Below, in pieces: positions 24,550 to 32,000 of a stretch of DNA of 32,000 bases. The notes under the pieces were generated by a model. That model was given only the letters and a program-made list of their open reading frames with translations. It made no database searches and had not been told where the DNA came from. The stretch is from Ruminococcus albus 7 = DSM 20455 (GTDB lineage: Bacteria; Bacillota; Clostridia; Oscillospirales; Ruminococcaceae): NCBI RefSeq assembly GCF_000179635.2, contig NC_014833.1:3420001-3452000 (forward strand), in the 5' to 3' direction. The first letter of the stretch is position 1; every line of letters starts with the position of its first letter. Both the position numbers and the translations under genes were made by a program.

Positions 24550-27500
24550 TTGTCCGATTTCGTTCATCTTCACCTGCACAGCGAATATTCCCTGCTTGAC
24601 GGTGCCTGCCGCATCGACAGGCTGGCAGCCCGTCTTAAAGAAGTGGGGCAGACCGCCTGTGCAGTTACCGACCACGGCAATATGTTCGCGGCGATAGAAT
24701 TCTATAACACCATGCGTGCCGCAGGCATAAAGCCCATACTCGGCTGTGAGGTGTATGTTGCCCGCGGCAGCCGCGAAGACAAGGATCACCGTGAGGGCAA
24801 ACCATATCATCTGATACTCCTCTGTGAAAACGAAACAGGCTACCGCAATCTTATAAAAATGGTGTCCCTTGGGTATACCGAGGGATTTTACAGCCGTCCG
24901 CGTATAGACCTTGAACTGCTCAGAAAATACCACGACGGTCTGATATGCCTTTCAGGCTGTGTAGCAGGCGAGCTTTCGACGAAGATAGCAAACGGCAATT
25001 ACAAAGGCGCCGAAGAAACAGCTTTGCTTTACCGCGATATATTCGGTGCGGATAATTACTTCATCGAGATACAGAAGCACCGCGACCCTGTTGAACAAAG
25101 GGTGATGCCATCGCTTATAAGACTTTCGCAGGATACAGGCATACCTCTTTGTCTTACCAATGACTGCCATTATCTCCGCCGCGAGGATTCTCAGGCACAG
25201 CAGGTACTCATGTGCATATCCACAGCCACCACCACCGATGACCCTGCCATATCCTTTGCAAGTGATGAGTTCTATGTAAAGTCTGCCGAGGAAATGGCTG
25301 AGTTATATCCTGCCATTCCCGAAGCTATGCTGAATACTGTCCGCATCGCAGACAGGTGTGATGTGGAGATAAAATTCGGCAGCACAGTACTCCCCTATTT
25401 CGGTATAGACGGTGTCAGCGACAATGCGGCTTACCTCCGCAATATGTGCCGTGAGGGACTTTACAGGCGATACGATGAACCCTCGGAAGAAGCTCTTGAA
25501 CGTATGGAATACGAGCTTTCGGTAATAAACGGCATGGGCTATACCGACTACTACCTGATAGTCTGGGATTTCATAAACTATGCCAAAAGCCACGATATCC
25601 CCGTGGGACCCGGACGAGGTTCGGGCGCGGGCAGCCTTTGCGCTTACTGCATCGGCATCACCGATATAGACCCGCTGAGATACGACCTGCTGTTTGAACG
25701 TTTTCTAAATCCCGAGAGAGTTACCATGCCCGATTTTGATATCGACTTCTGCGTTGAGGGCAGACAGAGGGTAATAGATTACGTGGTGGAGAAATACGGC
25801 GCAGACCATGTGGCACAGATAGCGACCTTCGGTACTTTGGGCGCAAAACAAGCGCTCCGTGATGCTGCAAGGGCTATGGGCGAACCCTATGCCACAGGCG
25901 ACAGGCTTGCCAAGGCTGCACCGCGTTCCATGCTGCTAAGCGATTCCGTTGAAAAAATACCCGAGCTCAGGGATATGTACAACAGCGATATGAAGCTTAG
26001 AAAAATAATCGACACCGCCATACTCATCGAGGGTATGCCCAGGAACGTTTCCACCCATGCGGCAGGTGTCGTTATAACAAAAGAGCCCGTTGACTTCTAC
26101 GTGCCGCTGTATGCCCGTGACGGCGCTGTATCCACACAGTACACCATGACGGTGCTTGAACGGCTGGGACTTCTCAAAATAGACTTTCTGGGGCTCAGCA
26201 ACCTTACGATAATCAAGCACTGCTGTGACGAGATAAAAAAGACTCATCCCGATTTTGATATAGAGCATATCCCCCTTGATGACAAAGCGGTGTACGATAT
26301 GCTGTCCCGAGGTGAAACAGAGGGCGTTTTCCAGTTTGAATCGGGTGGAATGACAGCTACTATAATGAAACTTCGTCCCTCGGGTATAGAGGACCTTATC
26401 GCGGTGCTTTCGCTTTACCGTCCCGGTCCTATGGATTCGATACCGAACTATATCCGCTGCCGCCATGACCCAAAACTCGTGCGCTACAAGCACCCCATGC
26501 TTAAACCCATACTTGAAGTCACCTACGGCTGTATAGTATATCAGGAACAGGTCATGCAGATATTCCGTTCACTGGCAGGATACTCCTTCGCACGCGCCGA
26601 CCTGGTAAGACGTGCCATGTCCAAGAAAAAGGCAGACGTGCTTGAAAACGAGCGCAAAGCCTTCGTATGGGGCGATGAAGAAGTATGCGGCGCGGTAGCG
26701 AACGGTGTTCCCGAAAAGACAGCGAATGATATATTCGATGAAATGACAAGCTTTGCCAGCTATGCCTTCAACAAATCCCACGCGACGGCTTACGCTACGG
26801 TGGCATACAGGACTGCTTATCTTAAATGCCACTTTTTCAAAGAGTACTTTTCGTCACTGATGACGGATGCCATAAACGAGAGTACAGAGAAGCTGTACGG
26901 GTATATCTCGGCGGCAAGAAAACGGGGCGTTGCTGTACTTCCGCCAGATATCAACAAAAGTATTGGCGGTTTCTCGGGCGAAGGCGATTCCATACGCTTC
27001 GGACTACTTGGCATAAAGGGTCTCGGAAGCAATTCCATAGCCGCGATAATAAGGGAGAGAACACTCGGAGGAGATTTTCTCAACCTGCAGGATTTCTGCC
27101 GACGTATGCAGGGCAGGGATATACACACAAAGGCTGTCGAAGCACTTATAAAAGCAGGGGCTATGGATCCGCTGCCCCTGAACAGGCATGAAAAGCTTAT
27201 AAACTGTGGTATAATCATGGGTGACCTCAGCCGCGCGGCAAGCGACAGGCTGGAGGGGCAGCTGGACTTTTTCGGCAGCGGCGGCGCCTCCGGTGACGGA
27301 CTTGACAAGCCCATGATAGACGCTGAGGAGCTGACCTCGGAGGAACTGCTGCTTTATGAGCACGAGGCACTTGGTATGTACCTTTCGGCACATCCCATAG
27401 ATACCTGCGAACCTTTTGCAAGGGCGGCAGGATTCACCTCAGTAAGGACTATACTTGAAGCAGGACTGAAAGGCGAAGGCAGGACAGCGGACATCCTTGT

Positions 27501-27975
27501 AATGGTTACCAGGAAACGTTCAATAGCCACAAAGAAGGGCGATATGATGTGCTTTGCCGCCTGTGAGGACAAAACAGGAGAAATGGAAGTCATCGTATTC
27601 CCGAAGGTATATATAGCGGCAGGTGAACTTGTAAAGGAGAATGCCGTACTGCACGTACGCGGAAAGGTATCTGTCAAGGAGGACGAGCCCCCGAAAATAC
27701 TGGCTGACCTTGTGGAAACGGGCGAAAGGTTCGTGATGCAGGCGCTGGGTATGGGGATCTGTCTGCGGATAGATTCAAGGGACAAAGCGCGGCTTGAAGC
27801 GGTATCGGCGGCGGCACACAAATATTCCGCCGAAAACGGCACTGCGCTGACGGTATACTTCTCAGACCTGAAGCGCCGCACCGCCATAAAGGGTGCCCAC
27901 AGGATACGCATAAACGACAGGATAATGAATGAACTTTCCGGCATAGTCGGAGAGGGAAACACTGCGTTCGGATAA
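24550..27975 (+). CDS. dnaE: DNA polymerase III alpha subunit DnaE
   Basis: 1141 aa with a TTG start 7 nt after AAAGGAGG. It has the PHP domain FVHLHLHSEYSLLDGA, the catalytic PDFDIDF, LLKIDFLGL, the fingers/thumb regions and a C-terminal OB-fold region. Confidence 0.97.
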   Translation: MSDFVHLHLHSEYSLLDGACRIDRLAARLKEVGQTACAVTDHGNMFAAIEFYNTMRAAGIKPILGCEVYVARGSREDKDHREGKPYHLILLCENETGYRNLIKMVSLGYTEGFYSRPRIDLELLRKYHDGLICLSGCVAGELSTKIANGNYKGAEETALLYRDIFGADNYFIEIQKHRDPVEQRVMPSLIRLSQDTGIPLCLTNDCHYLRREDSQAQQVLMCISTATTTDDPAISFASDEFYVKSAEEMAELYPAIPEAMLNTVRIADRCDVEIKFGSTVLPYFGIDGVSDNAAYLRNMCREGLYRRYDEPSEEALERMEYELSVINGMGYTDYYLIVWDFINYAKSHDIPVGPGRGSGAGSLCAYCIGITDIDPLRYDLLFERFLNPERVTMPDFDIDFCVEGRQRVIDYVVEKYGADHVAQIATFGTLGAKQALRDAARAMGEPYATGDRLAKAAPRSMLLSDSVEKIPELRDMYNSDMKLRKIIDTAILIEGMPRNVSTHAAGVVITKEPVDFYVPLYARDGAVSTQYTMTVLERLGLLKIDFLGLSNLTIIKHCCDEIKKTHPDFDIEHIPLDDKAVYDMLSRGETEGVFQFESGGMTATIMKLRPSGIEDLIAVLSLYRPGPMDSIPNYIRCRHDPKLVRYKHPMLKPILEVTYGCIVYQEQVMQIFRSLAGYSFARADLVRRAMSKKKADVLENERKAFVWGDEEVCGAVANGVPEKTANDIFDEMTSFASYAFNKSHATAYATVAYRTAYLKCHFFKEYFSSLMTDAINESTEKLYGYISAARKRGVAVLPPDINKSIGGFSGEGDSIRFGLLGIKGLGSNSIAAIIRERTLGGDFLNLQDFCRRMQGRDIHTKAVEALIKAGAMDPLPLNRHEKLINCGIIMGDLSRAASDRLEGQLDFFGSGGASGDGLDKPMIDAEELTSEELLLYEHEALGMYLSAHPIDTCEPFARAAGFTSVRTILEAGLKGEGRTADILVMVTRKRSIATKKGDMMCFAACEDKTGEMEVIVFPKVYIAAGELVKENAVLHVRGKVSVKEDEPPKILADLVETGERFVMQALGMGICLRIDSRDKARLEAVSAAAHKYSAENGTALTVYFSDLKRRTAIKGAHRIRINDRIMNELSGIVGEGNTAFG

Positions 27976-27986
27976 GGAGGGATGAT

Positions 27987-28154
27987 ATGGGACCTATTAT
28001 ATATAAGGTAGCAAGGATAGACGGCGATTACGCACACCTTACCAATACCGAAACAGGTGAGGACGTGCTTGTTGCCATGGCACTTCTGCCGGATGAGACC
28101 GATGAGGGCATAGTACTCAGGTGGGAAAACTTTGAGTACAGCGTTATCGGATAA
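27987..28154 (+). CDS. Small protein (55 aa), DUF3006-like
   Basis: It falls below the ORF-track size cut-off. The ATG at 27987 lies shortly after AAGGAGGG, 11 nt after the dnaE stop. The translation is MGPIIYKVARIDGDYAHLTNTETGEDVLVAMALLPDETDEGIVLRWENFEYSVIG. The pattern RIDGDYA....(n)..LP....EG resembles DUF3006 proteins as I recall them. Confidence 0.5.
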   Translation: MGPIIYKVARIDGDYAHLTNTETGEDVLVAMALLPDETDEGIVLRWENFEYSVIG

Positions 28155-28172
28155 TCGTTATACAAAAACAAA

Positions 28173-28220
28173 CGGAGGACAAGGCACTTCGGGATCACAG
28201 CCTGTCCTCCGCTTATTACT
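28173..28220 (+). terminator. Putative terminator after dnaE and the small ORF
   Basis: CGGAGGACA (28173-28181) pairs with TGTCCTCCG (28203-28211), extended by GGC/GCC. The tail CTTATTACTT is T-rich but imperfect. Confidence 0.5.
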
Positions 28221-28226
28221 TATTAT

Positions 28227-28263
28227 GCAAAAGACACCTCAGCCGCAGCGGCATGAGGTGTCT
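28227..28263 (-). terminator. Intrinsic terminator of the metK-acyltransferase unit
   Basis: AGACACCTCA (28232-28241) pairs with TGAGGTGTCT (28254-28263). On the minus strand the stem is followed by TTTGC. Confidence 0.6.
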
Positions 28264-28270
28264 GAGTATA

Positions 28271-29374
28271 TTATGCTGTTTTATGTACAGAACTTTTCAG
28301 CTTTGTGATGATCAGCTTCGGCAGTTCCTTGATGTATTTCCATACAAGTGCGGCCGGTATGACCATAAGGCAGGTCACGAGCCATATCAGGATGAAGTTT
28401 GTTCCTCCCGCAGCTTTTACTATTATGGAATTTGCAATAAATATAAACGGCATCGGATCGTAATGTATGACCATTATCTCCATAGAGTCCCTGCCGATCT
28501 CCCTGAGAGGCTTTATACCTTCGGGCAAAGCCGAACTCAGCAGGATGACCGCCGCGGAACCTGTAACACCAGTCAGCATGAAAAGCATCAGGCTGCCGAA
28601 TTTGAGAGTATGCATATTCACAGAGGGCGGATACAAATAACAGCACACCACAAGGATGCATCCGAGTATCAGACCGTATGCCAGATCCCTGCGTTTTTTC
28701 TTGGGATCAACATATCTGAAAAACAGATATCCGAAAGTGATGAAAAACACAGCAGGTATCATACGCACAAATGAAGCCGTAAGAAATCTTATGACCCTTT
28801 CTGCCATCAAGTCCTCTTTTTTGAGTATCGAGTATATCTTTACTGCAAAAAGCGTGGCATAAAGCGTTCCCGCAAATATCACACGGGCATCCAGCCTGAG
28901 TTTATATCTCAGGAAATGGAACACAAGTCTTGCAAAGAAAAGTGTGGCAAGAAACCACAGCGGTGCATTTCCCATTGTTGTCCAGGTGGCAGTTATCATG
29001 GCGCCGATGTGGTCATCGGCATTTCCGTAACGATAATAGGATACAAGTATGTATATCGCTGAATAGATAAAGTACGGTACCATAAGCCGCACGAAAAGTC
29101 TGCCTGCTTTAAGGGCAGGGACAGCATCCTTTTTGGATATACTGTCCTTATAGCCCAGTAAAAAGCCTGTAATAACAAAGAACAGGGGCATATGGAACGA
29201 GTAGATGATTCTTACTAAACTGTAAAATGTGTGATCGCTTTTAGGTATCACAAGTTTTACGTGACCCAGTACGACCAGTAATATACCGATCGCCTTTGCA
29301 TAGTCCACATGATCAAGAGATTGCCGTTTTGCGGCTGATCTGCTCATATCCCCGGCATTCTTTTTTTCAGCCAT
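28271..29374 (-). CDS. Acyltransferase family 3 (membrane O-acyltransferase) protein
   Basis: 367 aa, roughly 10 TM, with the N-terminal motif D..KAIGILLVVLGH and FHMPLFFVITGFL typical of the AT3 family. The start lies 3 nt after the metK stop. Confidence 0.8.
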   Translation of the reverse strand: MAEKKNAGDMSRSAAKRQSLDHVDYAKAIGILLVVLGHVKLVIPKSDHTFYSLVRIIYSFHMPLFFVITGFLLGYKDSISKKDAVPALKAGRLFVRLMVPYFIYSAIYILVSYYRYGNADDHIGAMITATWTTMGNAPLWFLATLFFARLVFHFLRYKLRLDARVIFAGTLYATLFAVKIYSILKKEDLMAERVIRFLTASFVRMIPAVFFITFGYLFFRYVDPKKKRRDLAYGLILGCILVVCCYLYPPSVNMHTLKFGSLMLFMLTGVTGSAAVILLSSALPEGIKPLREIGRDSMEIMVIHYDPMPFIFIANSIIVKAAGGTNFILIWLVTCLMVIPAALVWKYIKELPKLIITKLKSSVHKTA

Positions 29375-29377
29375 AGC

Positions 29378-30550
29378 TTATTTTACTGCATCGAGGAGAG
29401 CCTGTGTCCTGTCTGTACGCTCCCATGCAACACCGAGATCCTCTCTGCCCATATGACCGTAAGCTGCAAGCTGCTTGTACTGAGGCTTGCGGAGATCGAG
29501 CATATCTATGATAGCTGAGGGACGAAGATCGAAGATATCGTTAACTGCAGCGCTGAGCTTTTCATCGGATACCTTACCTGTGCCGAAGGTATCTACCAGT
29601 ATGGAAACAGGAGTTGCAACACCGATAGCGTATGCCAGTTCAACTTCGCATCTGCTTGCAAGGCCTGCAGCTACTATATTCTTAGCTACGTATCTTGCGG
29701 CATAAGCTGCGGAACGGTCTACCTTCGTGGGATCCTTGCCGGAGAAGCATCCGCCGCCGTGACGGGAGTATCCGCCGTAGGTATCAACGATTATCTTTCT
29801 GCCTGTAAGACCGCTGTCGCCCTGAGGTCCGCCGATAACGAATCTGCCTGTGGGGTTTACAAAGTAAGTGGTCTTGTCATCGAGAAGTCCTGCAGGGATA
29901 ACGTGCTTGATGACCTTCTCGATTATATCAGCTCTTATCTGCTCCATAGATACCTTTGCATCATGCTGTGAGGATACTACAACTGCATCTATCCTTGCAG
30001 GCTTGCCGTCAACATACTCAACAGTTACCTGAGTTTTTCCGTCGGGACGGAGATAAGGCAGAGCACCGTTCTTGCGTACCTCTGTAAGTCTGAGTGCCAG
30101 CTTGTGAGCGAGAGATATGGGCAGAGGCATGAGCTCGGGAGTTTCATCGCAGGCATAGCCGAACATGATACCCTGGTCACCTGCACCTGTATCGAAGGCA
30201 TTCTCATCTCTGCCCTCAAGAGCGTTATCAACGCCCATAGCGATATCGGGGGACTGCTTGTCGATAGTAGTCATAACAGCACAGGTATGGCCGTCAAAGC
30301 CGTACTTTGCTCTGTCATAACCGATACCTACTACGGTATCTCTTACTATCTGTGGGATGTCCACCTGTGCCTTTGTGGTGATCTCACCCATGCACATGAT
30401 CATACCTGTGGTGGTGACAGTTTCGCAAGCTACTCTGGAATAAGGATCCTGTTCCAGCATAGCATCGAGTATAGCGTCTGAGATCTGATCGCAGATCTTA
30501 TCGGGGTGACCCTCAGTCACCGATTCGGATGTAAATAAAAATCTTGACAT
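29378..30550 (-). CDS. metK: S-adenosylmethionine synthetase
   Basis: 390 aa with [33 protein letters not shown] and [16 protein letters not shown]. Confidence 0.97.
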   Translation of the reverse strand: MSRFLFTSESVTEGHPDKICDQISDAILDAMLEQDPYSRVACETVTTTGMIMCMGEITTKAQVDIPQIVRDTVVGIGYDRAKYGFDGHTCAVMTTIDKQSPDIAMGVDNALEGRDENAFDTGAGDQGIMFGYACDETPELMPLPISLAHKLALRLTEVRKNGALPYLRPDGKTQVTVEYVDGKPARIDAVVVSSQHDAKVSMEQIRADIIEKVIKHVIPAGLLDDKTTYFVNPTGRFVIGGPQGDSGLTGRKIIVDTYGGYSRHGGGCFSGKDPTKVDRSAAYAARYVAKNIVAAGLASRCEVELAYAIGVATPVSILVDTFGTGKVSDEKLSAAVNDIFDLRPSAIIDMLDLRKPQYKQLAAYGHMGREDLGVAWERTDRTQALLDAVK

Positions 30551-30640
30551 ATTCTTTCCTCCTTGTCAATAAAGAAACGCTGTCGGTACGTCCGACATAC
30601 AACTGCTGCTTACCGTTAAATCAACAGCCAATAAAAAGCC

Positions 30641-30810
30641 TCCCATTCCGAAGAATGAGAGGTGAAATTTTACATGAAATTCCTCATCTTCCGGAAATAA
30701 CCGCAGGATTTGGCACCTTGACAAGATACGAACGGTAACTACCGCACGCACTATAACAGGTTGCCGGGCTTCACAGGACCTGATTCCTCCACCACTCTTG
30801 ATAAGGCTAT
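30641..30810 (-). promoter_or_regulatory. SAM-I (S-box) riboswitch with intrinsic terminator in the metK leader
   Basis: The minus strand reads CTTATCAAGAGTGGTGGAGGAATCAGGTCCTGTGAAGCCCGGCAACC...AAGGTGCCAAATCCTGCGG, matching the S-box consensus. A terminator follows: CCTCTCATT-CTTCGG-AATGGGAGG then CTTTTTATT (30642-30672). Confidence 0.9.
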
Positions 30811-30827
30811 TTAATTTAACGTTCACT

Positions 30828-30856
30828 ATTATACAACATTATTCTTCGCTTGTCAA
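30828..30856 (-). promoter_or_regulatory. Consensus sigma-A promoter of metK
   Basis: On the minus strand it reads TTGACA (30856-30851), a 17-nt spacer, then TATAAT (30833-30828). It lies about 20 nt upstream of the riboswitch. Confidence 0.7.
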
Positions 30857-30989
30857 CAGATTTAACATTTTTTTTACAAGGTGAAGCTCACTAACTTTAT
30901 CAGAAGTAATCCTATTTGGTGTGAAAGACGATTATAGACGCTTATTTTTAATTATTTTTAAGCAAATGATAGAATGTTTGAAAAACCGC

Positions 30990-31018
30990 TTGACAAATCA
31001 TCTGCAAAGTGATATAAT
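30990..31018 (+). promoter_or_regulatory. Consensus extended -10 promoter of the tRNA operon
   Basis: TTGACA (30990-30995), a 17-nt spacer ending in TGa, then TATAAT (31013-31018). Confidence 0.7.
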
Positions 31019-31054
31019 AATTTTCGTTGACTAAGCAAGGTCAATGACCCAGAT

Positions 31055-31125
31055 GCGGGTGTAGTTCAATGGTAGAACTCCAGCCTTCCAAGCTGGCCAC
31101 GTGGGTTCGATTCCCATCACCCGCT
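31055..31125 (+). tRNA. tRNA-Gly (anticodon UCC)
   Basis: Manual cloverleaf fold. The acceptor is GCGGGTG/CACCCGC and the D stem GTTC/GAAC. The anticodon stem CCAGC/GCTGG carries loop CTTCCAA. The T arm is GTGGG-TTCGATT-CCCAT. No CCA is encoded. Confidence 0.9.
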
Positions 31126-31147
31126 TTTACTGTTGAATACAGTATAT

Positions 31148-31221
<74 letters not shown>

Positions 31222-31225
31222 TTAC

Positions 31226-31300
31226 GGTGGGTATAGCGTAGTTGGTTAACGCGTCAGATTGTGGTCCTGAAGATCGAGAGTTCGAATCTCTCTACCCACC
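31226..31300 (+). tRNA. tRNA-His (anticodon GUG) with encoded G-1
   Basis: An extra 5' G pairs with C73, which is the His identity element. The acceptor is GTGGGTA/TACCCAC, the anticodon loop TTGTGGT and the T arm GAGAG-TTCGAAT-CTCTC. Confidence 0.88.
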
Positions 31301-31303
31301 CTT

Positions 31304-31341
31304 ACAGCTTCTCGGAAATATTCGGGGAGCTGTATTTTTTA
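31304..31341 (+). terminator. Intrinsic terminator of the tRNA operon
   Basis: ACAGCTTC (31304-31311) pairs with GGAGCTGT (31326-31333), followed by ATTTTTTA. Confidence 0.7.
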
Positions 31342-31432
31342 TGTGTATGATTTTTTGGTATATATGACGATACGAAAATTAATTATTGTCATCATGTATA
31401 TGAGACGGATCATATTATATTATAGTATATGA

Positions 31433-31464
31433 CTGCGGCAGCCTATGAGGGGTGCCGCAGTTTT
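31433..31464 (+). terminator. Second hairpin plus T-tract downstream of the tRNA operon
   Basis: CTGCGGCA (31433-31440) pairs with TGCCGCAG (31453-31460), followed by TTTT. Confidence 0.5.
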
Positions 31465-31694
31465 CAATTTAGCATACAGGGTCATAGCGCCGGAAGAAAC
31501 GATATCCCTCAGAGCAAACCAAAGATATGTACATACCGGATACCTGCGATGTATGCACGTGGTACGTACATCAAGTACAAGTTTATCAGGGTTGTATGTA
31601 ACTTGTGACCCCGACTTATAAATTTCGTAACATTATCCATACGAAAAATGTATAAACTGCGCAATAAATGGTGAGGTAATGCCAAATTATAGAA

Positions 31695-31723
31695 TTGACA
31701 CAAAGTTGTATATGTGATATAAT
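31695..31723 (+). promoter_or_regulatory. Consensus extended -10 promoter of the downstream isomerase-like gene
   Basis: TTGACA (31695-31700), a 17-nt spacer ending in TGa, then TATAAT (31718-31723). This leaves a leader of about 95 nt before the ATG at 31823. Confidence 0.65.
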
Positions 31724-31822
31724 GTGTGCAACGATGAAGATCGCAGTTTATATGCGCCCGGCTGTCGGCGGAAACGTCGGGGCACACACAGCAGCGGCGC
31801 ACCAAAACGGAGGTAATTATCA

Positions 31823-32000
31823 ATGAGCAACAAGCTTGCAAACACACCTGAAGTAAAGATAGGTCTGGTAGCAGTATCAAGAGACTGCTTCCCCATGAGC
31901 CTGTCCGAAAACAGAAGAAACGCCGTTGCTAAGGCTTATACCGACAAGTACGGCGCAGAGGGACTTTTTGTATGTCCTACCGTTATCGAGAATGAAGTAC
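31823..32000 (+). CDS. N-terminal fragment of a possible sugar isomerase (L-fucose/L-arabinose isomerase-like); runs off the window
   Basis: The ATG at 31823 lies 9 nt after GGAGG. The translation is MSNKLANTPEVKIGLVAVSRDCFPMSLSENRRNAVAKAYTDKYGAEGLFVCPTVIENEV. The KIGL.....R...P motif resembles the N-termini of FucI-like isomerases. The functional call is tentative. Confidence 0.45.
   Translation, partial: MSNKLANTPEVKIGLVAVSRDCFPMSLSENRRNAVAKAYTDKYGAEGLFVCPTVIENEV

Noticed and set aside
28253-28774. A 173-aa + strand ORF and a 126-aa minus-strand alternative-frame ORF within the acyltransferase gene.
   Set aside because: The minus-strand 367-aa frame gives a coherent multi-TM AT3-family protein. 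The others are shadow frames, and the + strand one begins inside the terminator hairpin.
31509-31896. Minus-strand ORFs of 123 aa and 69 aa upstream of and overlapping the isomerase-like gene start.
   Set aside because: They overlap the consensus + strand promoter, the SD and the first codons of a better-supported + strand gene. They are Cys/His/Leu-rich with no SD.

Overview
This window looks like chromosomal DNA from a Firmicutes/Clostridia-type organism. That assignment is an inference from several features: a PASTA-containing class B PBP, SpoVE/FtsW, RicT/YaaT, a SAM-I riboswitch, a TTG-start DnaE, and many TGnTATAAT extended -10 promoters. The first half (1-15.5 kb, + strand) is a division/cell-wall (dcw) cluster: mraZ (3' end), rsmH, ftsL, class B PBP, murE, murF, an mraY-like gene, ftsW/spoVE, murG, an unknown membrane ORF, murA, ftsQ/divIB and ftsZ. 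Downstream of that come a DivIVA-like coiled-coil gene overlapping an orphan Fe-S hydro-lyase beta subunit, a lipoprotein serpin, and a convergent orphan type IV pilin. A minus-strand operon follows (ricT, two unknowns, a 2-hydroxyacid dehydrogenase), then an intact IS1595-family element with target-site duplication, then dnaE plus a small DUF3006-like ORF. The window ends with a SAM-I-riboswitch-controlled metK-acyltransferase pair, a tRNA-Gly/Arg/His operon, and the start of a sugar-isomerase-like gene. I found no CRISPR array, prophage or recognisable defence island. The most unusual observation is that the mraY-position gene encodes an intact MraY-fold protein whose invariant catalytic residues appear substituted, making it a candidate pseudo-enzyme. 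It sits in a dcw cluster that also lacks murD and ftsA. Secondary leads are an uncharacterised bitopic protein inside the cluster, an acidic/aromatic repeat tail on FtsQ, a serpin with an atypical acidic reactive-centre loop, and a ~400 bp non-coding tract with clustered TGTACA palindromes and an orphan terminator-like hairpin. All homology statements come from reading the translations by eye. No searches were run.
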